A stretch of 27,057 nt of DNA from a virus: the UHGV virus genome UHGV-2044750; one strand, written 5' to 3'. A model generated the notes under the pieces. It had not been told where the DNA came from, searched no databases, and saw nothing but the letters and a program-made list of their open reading frames with translations. The translations under genes were made by a program, and so were the position numbers. Positions 20,367 to 27,057 of this stretch are shown piece by piece; the stretch's first letter is position 1, and every line of letters begins with the position of its first letter.

Positions 20367-20789
20367 ATGTTCCTGAAAACCGAATCATTTGAACATAACG
20401 GTGTGACCGTCACGCTTTCTGAACTGTCAGCCCTGCAGCGTATTGAGCATCTCGCCCTGATGAAACGGCAGGCAGAACAGGCGGAGTCAGACAGCAACCG
20501 GAAGTTTACTGTGGAAGACGCCATCAGAACCGGCGCGTTTCTGGTGGCGATGTCCCTGTGGCATAACCATCCGAAGAAGACAAAGCTGCCTTCCATGAAT
20601 GAAGCCGTTAAACAGATTGAGCAGGAAGTGCTTACCACCTGGCCCACAGAGGCAATTTCTCATGCTGAAAACGTGGTGTACCGGCTGTCCGGTATGTATG
20701 AGTTTGTGGTGAATGATGCCCCTGAACAGGCAGAGGACGCCGGGCCTGCAGAGCCTGTTTCTGCGGGAAAGTGTTCGACGGTGAGCTGA
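20367..20789 (+). CDS. G: Tail assembly chaperone G
   Basis: 140 aa matching lambda gpG. Confidence 0.9.
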   Translation: MFLKTESFEHNGVTVTLSELSALQRIEHLALMKRQAEQAESDSNRKFTVEDAIRTGAFLVAMSLWHNHPKKTKLPSMNEAVKQIEQEVLTTWPTEAISHAENVVYRLSGMYEFVVNDAPEQAEDAGPAEPVSAGKCSTVS

Positions 20790-21205
20790 GTTTTGCCCTG
20801 AAACTGGCGCGCGAGATGGGGCGACCCGACTGGCGTGCCATGCTTGCCGGGATGTCATCCACGGAGTATGCCGACTGGCACCGCTTTTACAGTACCCATT
20901 ATTTTCATGATGTTCTGCTGGATATGCACTTTTCCGGGCTGACGTACACCGTACTCAGCCTGTTTTTCAGCGATCCGGATATGCATCCGCTGGATTTCAG
21001 TCTGCTGAACCGGCGCGAGGCTGACGAAGAGCCTGAAGATGTTGTGCTGATGCAGAAAGCGGCAGGGCTTGCCGGAGGTGTCCGCTTTGGCCCGGACGGG
21101 AATGAAGTTATCCCCGCTTCCCCGGATGTGGCGGACATGACGGAGGATGACGTAATGCTGATGACAGTATCAGAAGGGATCGCAGGAGGAGTCCGGTATG
21201 GCTGA
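20367..21205 (+). CDS. T: Tail assembly chaperone G-T fusion (product of the -1 frameshift at 20765-20771)
   Basis: T-frame ORF (VFDGELSFALKLAREMGRPDWRAMLAGMSSTEYADWHRFY...) has no independent SD and follows the slippery site, as in lambda. Confidence 0.75.
20765..20771 (+). promoter_or_regulatory. Programmed -1 ribosomal frameshift slippery heptamer GGGAAAG (G to G-T)
   Basis: Heptamer G GGA AAG lies in the G frame 6 codons before the G stop; the -1 frame continues as the T ORF to 21205. Confidence 0.75.
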
Positions 21206-23759
21206 ACCGGTAGGCGATCTGGTCGTTGATTTGAGTCTGGATGAGGCCAGATTTGACGAGCAGATGGCCAGAGTCAGGCGTCATTTTTCCGGTACGGAAA
21301 GTGATGCGAAAAAAACAGCGGCAGTCGTTGAACAGTCAATGAACCGGCAGGCGCTGGCTGCACAGAAAGCGGGGATTTCCGTCGGACAGTATAAAGCCGC
21401 CATGCGTATGCTTCCTGCACAGTTCACCGACGTGGCCACGCAGCTTGCAGGCGGGCAAAGTCCGTGGCTGATCCTGCTGCAACAGGGGGGGCAGGTTAAG
21501 GACTCCTTCGGCGGGATGATCCCCATGTTCAGGGGGCTTGCCGGTGCGATCACCCTGCCGATGGTCGGGGCCACCTCGCTAGCGGTGGCGACCGGTGCGC
21601 TGGCGTATGCCTGGTATCAGGGCAACTCAACCCTGTCCGATTTCAACAAAACGCTGGTCCTTTCCGGCAATCAGTCGGGTCTGACGGCAGATCGCATGCT
21701 GGTCCTGTCCAGAGCCGGGCAGGCGGCAGGGCTGACGTTTAACCAGACCAGCGAGTCACTCAGCGCACTGGTTAAGGCGGGAGTAAGCGGTGAGGCTCAG
21801 ATTGCATCCATCAGCCAGAGTGTGGCGCGTTTCTCCTCTGCATCCGGCGTGGAGGTGGACAAGGTCGCTGAAGCCTTCGGGAAGCTGACCACAGACCCGA
21901 CGTCAGGGCTGACAGCGATGGCACGCCAGTTCCATAACGTGACGGCGGAGCAGATTGCGTATGTTGCTCAGTTGCAGCGTTCCGGCGATGAAGCCGGGGC
22001 ATTGCAGGCGGCGAACGAGGCCGCGACGAAAGGGTTTGATGACCAGACCCGCCGCCTGAAAGAGAACATGGGTACGCTGGAGACCTGGGCAGACAGGACA
22101 GTGCGGGCATTCAAATCCATGTGGGATGCGGTGCTGGATATTGGTCGTCCTGATACCGCGCAGGAGATGCTGATTAAGGCAGAGGCTGCGTTTAAGAAAG
22201 CGGACGACATCTGGAGTCTGCGCAAGGATGATTATTTTGTTAACGATGAAGCGCGGGCGCGTTACTGGGATGATCGTGAAAAGGCCCGTCTTGCGCTTGA
22301 AGCCGCGAGAAAGAAGGCTGAACAGCAGAGTCAACAGGACAAAAATGCGCAGCAGCAGAGCGATACTGAAGCGTCACGGCTGAAATATACCGAAGAGGCG
22401 CAGAAGGCTTACGAACGGCTGCAGACGCCGCTGGAGAAATATACCGCCCGTCAGGAAGAACTGAACAAGGCACTGAAGGACGGGAAAATTCTGCAGGCAG
22501 ATTACAACACGCTGATGGCGGCGGCGAAAAAGGACTATGAAGCGACGCTGAAAAAGCCGAAACAGTCCGGCGTGAAGGTGTCTGCGGGCGATCGTCAGGA
22601 AGACAGTGCTCATGCTGCCCTGCTGACGCTTCAGGCTGAACTCCGGACGCTGGAGAAGCATGCCGGAGCAAATGAGAAAATCAGCCAGCAGCGCCGGGAT
22701 TTGTGGAAGGCGGAAAATCAGTTCGCGGTACTGGAGGAGGCGGCACAACGTCGCCAGCTATCCGCACAGGAGAAATCCCTGCTGGCGCATAAAGATGAGA
22801 CGCTGGAGTACAAACGCCAGCTGGCTGCACTTGGCGATAAGGTCACGTATCAGGAGCACCTGAACGCGCTGGCGCAGCAGGCGGATAAATTCGCACAGCA
22901 GCAACGGGCAAAACGGGCCGCCATTGAGGCGAAAAACCGGGGGCTGACTGACCGGCAGGCAGCGCGGGAAGCCACGGAACAGCGTCTGAAGGAACAGTAT
23001 GGCGATAATCCGCTGGCGCTGAATAACGTCATGTCAGAGCAGAAAAAGACCTGGGCGGCTGAAGACCAGCTTCGCGGGAGCTGGATGGCAGGCCTCAAGT
23101 CCGGCTGGAGTGAGTGGGAAGAGAGCGCCACGGACAGTATGTCGCAGGTTAAAAGTGCAGCCACGCAGACCTTTGATGGTATTGCACAGAATATGGCGGC
23201 GATGCTGACCGGCAGTGAACAGAACTGGCGCAGCTTCACCCGCTCCGTGCTGTCCATGATGACAGAAATTCTGCTTAAGCAGGCAATGGTGGGGATTGTC
23301 GGGAGTATCGGCAGCGCCATTGGCGGTGCTACCGGTGGCGGCGCATCAGCGTCAGGCGGTACAGCCATTCAGGCAGCTGCGGCGAAATTCCATTTTGCGA
23401 CCGGAGGATTTACGGGAACCGGCGGCAAATATGAGCCAGCGGGGATTGTTCACCGTGGTGAGTTTGTCTTCACGAAGGAGGCAACCAGCCGGATTGGCGT
23501 GGGGAATCTCTACCGGCTGATGCGCGGCTATGCCACCGGTGGTTATGTCGGTACACCGGGCAGTCTGGCTGACAGCCGGTCGCAGGCGTCCGGGACGTTT
23601 GAGCAGAATAACCATGTGGTGATTAACAACGACGGCACGAACGGGCAGATAGGTCCGGCTGCTCTGAAGGCGGTGTATGACATGGCCCGCAAGGGTGCCC
23701 GTGATGAAATTCAGACACAGATGCGTGATGGTGGCCTGTTCTCCGGAGGTGGACGATGA
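21198..23759 (+). CDS. H: Tail tape measure protein H
   Basis: 853 aa near-identical to lambda gpH by recollection. Confidence 0.95.
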   Translation: MAEPVGDLVVDLSLDEARFDEQMARVRRHFSGTESDAKKTAAVVEQSMNRQALAAQKAGISVGQYKAAMRMLPAQFTDVATQLAGGQSPWLILLQQGGQVKDSFGGMIPMFRGLAGAITLPMVGATSLAVATGALAYAWYQGNSTLSDFNKTLVLSGNQSGLTADRMLVLSRAGQAAGLTFNQTSESLSALVKAGVSGEAQIASISQSVARFSSASGVEVDKVAEAFGKLTTDPTSGLTAMARQFHNVTAEQIAYVAQLQRSGDEAGALQAANEAATKGFDDQTRRLKENMGTLETWADRTVRAFKSMWDAVLDIGRPDTAQEMLIKAEAAFKKADDIWSLRKDDYFVNDEARARYWDDREKARLALEAARKKAEQQSQQDKNAQQQSDTEASRLKYTEEAQKAYERLQTPLEKYTARQEELNKALKDGKILQADYNTLMAAAKKDYEATLKKPKQSGVKVSAGDRQEDSAHAALLTLQAELRTLEKHAGANEKISQQRRDLWKAENQFAVLEEAAQRRQLSAQEKSLLAHKDETLEYKRQLAALGDKVTYQEHLNALAQQADKFAQQQRAKRAAIEAKNRGLTDRQAAREATEQRLKEQYGDNPLALNNVMSEQKKTWAAEDQLRGSWMAGLKSGWSEWEESATDSMSQVKSAATQTFDGIAQNMAAMLTGSEQNWRSFTRSVLSMMTEILLKQAMVGIVGSIGSAIGGATGGGASASGGTAIQAAAAKFHFATGGFTGTGGKYEPAGIVHRGEFVFTKEATSRIGVGNLYRLMRGYATGGYVGTPGSLADSRSQASGTFEQNNHVVINNDGTNGQIGPAALKAVYDMARKGARDEIQTQMRDGGLFSGGGR

Positions 23760-24085
23760 AAACCTTCCGCTGGAAAGTGAAACCCGGTATGGATGTGGCT
23801 TCGGCCCCTTCTGTAAGAAAGGTGCGCTTTGGTGATGGCTGTTCCCAGCGAGCGCCTGCCGGGCTGAATGCCAACCTGAAAACGTACAGCGTGACGCTTT
23901 CTGTCCCCCGTGAGGAGGCCACGGTACTGGAGTCGTTTCTGGAAGAGCACGGTGGCTGGAAATCCTTTCTGTGGACGCCGCCTTATGAGTGGCGGCAGAT
24001 AAAGGTGACCTGCGCAAAATGGTCGTCGCGGGTCAGTATGCTGCGTGTTGAGTTCAGCGCAGAGTTTGAACAGGTGGTGAACTGA
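23756..24085 (+). CDS. M: Tail tip protein M
   Basis: 109 aa matching lambda gpM; ATGA overlap with the H stop. Confidence 0.9.
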   Translation: MKTFRWKVKPGMDVASAPSVRKVRFGDGCSQRAPAGLNANLKTYSVTLSVPREEATVLESFLEEHGGWKSFLWTPPYEWRQIKVTCAKWSSRVSMLRVEFSAEFEQVVN

Positions 24086-24783
24086 TGCAGGATATCCGGC
24101 AGGAAACACTGAATGAATGCACCCGTGTGGAGCAGTCGGCCAGCGTGGTGCTCTGGGAAATCGATCTGACAGAGGTCGGTGGAGAACGTTATTTTTTCTG
24201 TAATGAGCAGAACGAAAAAGGTGAGCCGGTCACCTGGCAGGGGCGACAGTATCAGCCGTATCCCATTCAGGGGAGTGGTTTTGAACTGAATGGCAAAGGC
24301 ACCAGTACGCGCCCCACGCTGACGGTTTCTAACCTGTACGGTATGGTCACCGGGATGGCGGAAGATCTGCAGAGTCTGGTCGGCGGAACGGTGGTCCGGC
24401 GTAAGGTTTACGCCCGTTTTCTGGATGCGGTGAACTTCGTCAACGGAAACAGCGACGCCGATCCGGAGCAGGAGGTGATCAGCCGCTGGCGCATCGAGCA
24501 GTGCAGCGAACTGAGTGCGGTCAGTGCCTCCTTTGTGTTGTCCACACCGACGGAAACGGATGGTGCTGTTTTTCCGGGGCGTATCATGCTGGCCAACACC
24601 TGCACCTGGACCTATCGCGGTGATGAGTGTGGTTATCACGGTCCGGCTGTCGCGGATGAATATGACCAGCCGACGTCCGATATCACGAAGGATAAATGCA
24701 GCAAATGCCTGAGCGGCTGTAAGTTTCGCAATAACGTCGGCAACTTTGGCGGCTTCCTTTCCATTAACAAACTTTCGCAGTAA
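24085..24783 (+). CDS. L: Tail tip protein L
   Basis: 232 aa matching lambda gpL. Confidence 0.9.
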   Translation: MQDIRQETLNECTRVEQSASVVLWEIDLTEVGGERYFFCNEQNEKGEPVTWQGRQYQPYPIQGSGFELNGKGTSTRPTLTVSNLYGMVTGMAEDLQSLVGGTVVRRKVYARFLDAVNFVNGNSDADPEQEVISRWRIEQCSELSAVSASFVLSTPTETDGAVFPGRIMLANTCTWTYRGDECGYHGPAVADEYDQPTSDITKDKCSKCLSGCKFRNNVGNFGGFLSINKLSQ

Positions 24784-24787
24784 TCCC

Positions 24788-25531
24788 ATGACACAGACAG
24801 AATCAGAGATTCTGGCGCACGCCCGGCGATGTGCGCCAGCGGAGTCGTGCGGCTTCGTGGTGAGAACGCCGGAAGGGGAAAGATATTTTCCCTGCGTGAA
24901 TATCTCCGGTGAGCCGGAGGCGTATTTCCGGATGTCGCCGGAGGACTGGCTGCGGGCAGAGATGCAGGGTGAGATTGTGGCGCTGGTCCACAGCCACCCC
25001 GGTGGTCTGCCCTGGCTGAGTGAGGCTGACAGGCGGCTGCAGGTGCAGAGCGATTTGCCTTGGTGGCTGGTCTGCCGGGGTGAGATTCATAAATTCCGCT
25101 GTGTGCCGCATCTTACCGGGCGGCGCTTTGAGCACGGGGTGACGGACTGTTACACGCTGTTCCGGGATGCTTATCATCTGGCGGGGATTGAGATGCCGGA
25201 CTTTCATCGTGAGGATGACTGGTGGTGTAACGGCCAGAATCTCTATCTGGATAATCTGGAGGCCACAGGGCTGTATCAGGTGCCGTTGTCAGCGGCGCAG
25301 CCGGGCGATGTGCTGCTGTGCTGTTTTGGTTCATCGGTGCCGAATCATGCCGCCATTTACTGCGGCGACGGTGAGCTGTTGCACCATATTCCTGAACAAC
25401 TGAGCAAACGAGAGAGGTATACCGACAAATGGCAGCGACGCACACACTCCCTCTGGCGTCACCGGGCATGGCACGCATCTGCCTTTACGGGGATTTACAA
25501 CGATTTGGCCGCCGCATCGACCTTCGTGTAA
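24788..25531 (+). CDS. K: Tail tip assembly protein K (JAB/MPN plus NlpC/P60-like motifs)
   Basis: MTQTESEILAHARRCAPAESCGFVV... with HSHPGG metal-binding motif; 3' end overlaps the I ORF in another frame. Confidence 0.85.
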   Translation: MTQTESEILAHARRCAPAESCGFVVRTPEGERYFPCVNISGEPEAYFRMSPEDWLRAEMQGEIVALVHSHPGGLPWLSEADRRLQVQSDLPWWLVCRGEIHKFRCVPHLTGRRFEHGVTDCYTLFRDAYHLAGIEMPDFHREDDWWCNGQNLYLDNLEATGLYQVPLSAAQPGDVLLCCFGSSVPNHAAIYCGDGELLHHIPEQLSKRERYTDKWQRRTHSLWRHRAWHASAFTGIYNDLAAASTFV

Positions 25532-26076
25532 AAACGGGGGCCGAAGCTATCCGTGCGCTGGCCACACAGATCCCGGCGTTTCGTCAGAAACTGAATGACG
25601 GCTGGTATCAGGTGCGCATTGCCGGGCGTGATGCAGGTGAAACCGAATTATCTGCCCGTCTTAATGAGCCGCTGGCAAATGGTACCGTGATCCACATCGT
25701 GCCGCATCTGGCGGGAGCTAAAAGTGGCGGTGTGTTTCAGGTGGTGCTGGGGGCGGCGCTGATTGCGGTGGCATGGTGGAACCCTGTGGGCTGGCTGGGT
25801 GCCGCGGCTGTATCGGGCATGTATGCGGCAGGGGCCAGTATGATCCTGGGTGGTGTGGCCCAGATGCTGGCACCGAAAGCCCGGACGTCCACAGCGACCA
25901 GCACGGATAACGGTAAGCAGAACACCTATTTCTCATCACTGGATAACATGGTTGCCCAGGGCAATGTTCTGCCTGTTCTGTACGGTGAAATGCGCGTGGG
26001 GTCTCGTGTGGTTTCTCAGGAGATCAGCACGGCAGATGAAGGGGACGGTGGTCAGGTTGTGGTGATTGGCCGCTGA
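25429..26076 (+). CDS. I: Tail tip assembly protein I
   Basis: MAATHTLPLASPGMARICLYGDLQRFGRRIDLRVKTGAEAIRAL... matches lambda gpI; ATG 25468 is an alternative start. Confidence 0.8.
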   Translation: MAATHTLPLASPGMARICLYGDLQRFGRRIDLRVKTGAEAIRALATQIPAFRQKLNDGWYQVRIAGRDAGETELSARLNEPLANGTVIHIVPHLAGAKSGGVFQVVLGAALIAVAWWNPVGWLGAAAVSGMYAAGASMILGGVAQMLAPKARTSTATSTDNGKQNTYFSSLDNMVAQGNVLPVLYGEMRVGSRVVSQEISTADEGDGGQVVVIGR

Positions 26077-26136
26077 TGCAAAATATTTCATGTGAAACCG
26101 CCTCCGGGCGGTTTTGTCGTTTATGGAGCATGACGA

Positions 26137-27057
26137 ATGGGCAAAGGAAGCAGTAAGGGGCATACCCCGCGCGAAGCGAAGGACAACCTGAAGTCCACGC
26201 AACTGCTGAGTGTGATTGATGCCATCAGCGAAGGGCCGATTGACGGTCCGGTGGATGGATTAAAAAGCGTGCTGCTGAACAGTACGCCGGTGCTGGACAG
26301 TGAGGGGAATACCAATATCTCCGGTGTCACGGTGGTGTTCCGGGCTGGTGAGCAGGAGCAGACTCCGCCGGAGGGATTTGAATCCTCCGGCTCCGAGACG
26401 GTGCTGGGTACGGAAGTGAAATACGACACGCCGATCACCCGGACCATCACGTCGGCAAACATTGACCGACTGCGTTTTACCTTCGGTGTGCAGGCACTGG
26501 TGGAAACCACCTCAAAGGGGGACAGGAATCCGTCGGAAGTCCGCCTGCTGGTTCAGATACAACGTAACGGTGGCTGGGTGACGGAAAAAGACATCACCAT
26601 TAAGGGCAAAACCACCTCACAGTATCTGGCATCGGTGGTGGTGGGTAACCTGCCGCCGCGCCCGTTCAATATCCGGATGCGCAGGATGACGCCGGACAGC
26701 ACCACAGACCAGCTGCAGAACAAAACGCTCTGGTCGTCATACACCGAAATCATCGATGTGAAACAGTGCTACCCGAACACGGCACTGGTCGGCGTACAGG
26801 TGGATTCGGAGCAGTTCGGCAGCCAGCAGGTGAGCCGTAATTATCATCTTCGCGGGCGCATTCTGCAGGTGCCGTCGAACTATAACCCGCAGACGCGACA
26901 ATACAGCGGTATCTGGGACGGAACGTTAAAACCGGCATACAGCAACAACATGGCCTGGTGTCTGTGGGATATGCTTACCCATCCGCGCTACGGCATGGGG
27001 AAACGTCTTGGTGCGGCGGATGTGGATAAATGGGCGCTGTATGTCATCGGCCAGTAC
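26137..27057 (+). CDS. J: Tail tip host-specificity protein J (5' partial; continues beyond window end)
   Basis: MGKGSSKGHTPREAKDNLKSTQLLSVIDAISEGPIDGPVDGLKSVLLNSTPVLD... matches the lambda gpJ N-terminus; open to the window end. Confidence 0.9.
   Translation, partial: MGKGSSKGHTPREAKDNLKSTQLLSVIDAISEGPIDGPVDGLKSVLLNSTPVLDSEGNTNISGVTVVFRAGEQEQTPPEGFESSGSETVLGTEVKYDTPITRTITSANIDRLRFTFGVQALVETTSKGDRNPSEVRLLVQIQRNGGWVTEKDITIKGKTTSQYLASVVVGNLPPRPFNIRMRRMTPDSTTDQLQNKTLWSSYTEIIDVKQCYPNTALVGVQVDSEQFGSQQVSRNYHLRGRILQVPSNYNPQTRQYSGIWDGTLKPAYSNNMAWCLWDMLTHPRYGMGKRLGAADVDKWALYVIGQY

Overview
This window is the late half of an integrated lambdoid prophage (Enterobacteriaceae, E. coli-type); every confidently called gene but two small morons is on the + strand. 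Left to right: end of the nin region (hypothetical proteins, DUF968/HNH protein, RusA resolvase), a Q antiterminator, a small winged-helix ORF plus a beta-class DNA methyltransferase, a three-tRNA cluster (Ile-CAU, Arg-UCG, Arg-UCU), an AT-rich interval at the position where Stx-converting phages carry stxAB (no stx here; one orphan minus-strand ORF instead), a NanS-p-type sialate O-acetylesterase, a phage-21-type lysis cassette (pinholin, SAR endolysin, Rz with embedded Rz1; two N-runs interrupt it), a moron region (small minus-strand putative lipoprotein in the bor slot, and a lipoprotein with a TonB C-terminal-like domain), a lambda-type cos site, and then an essentially lambda-identical packaging/head/tail module (Nu1, A, W, B, C/Nu3, D, E, FI, FII, Z, U, V, G/G-T, H, M, L, K, I, J partial). 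All protein identifications are from recognition of the translated ORFs and synteny; no database search was run. The most interesting unexplained items are the TonB-C-like lipoprotein, the orphan ORF at the stx-equivalent locus, the PapI-like ORF paired with the methyltransferase, and a Nu1 N-terminal domain that diverges from lambda together with a different set of candidate cosB repeats.
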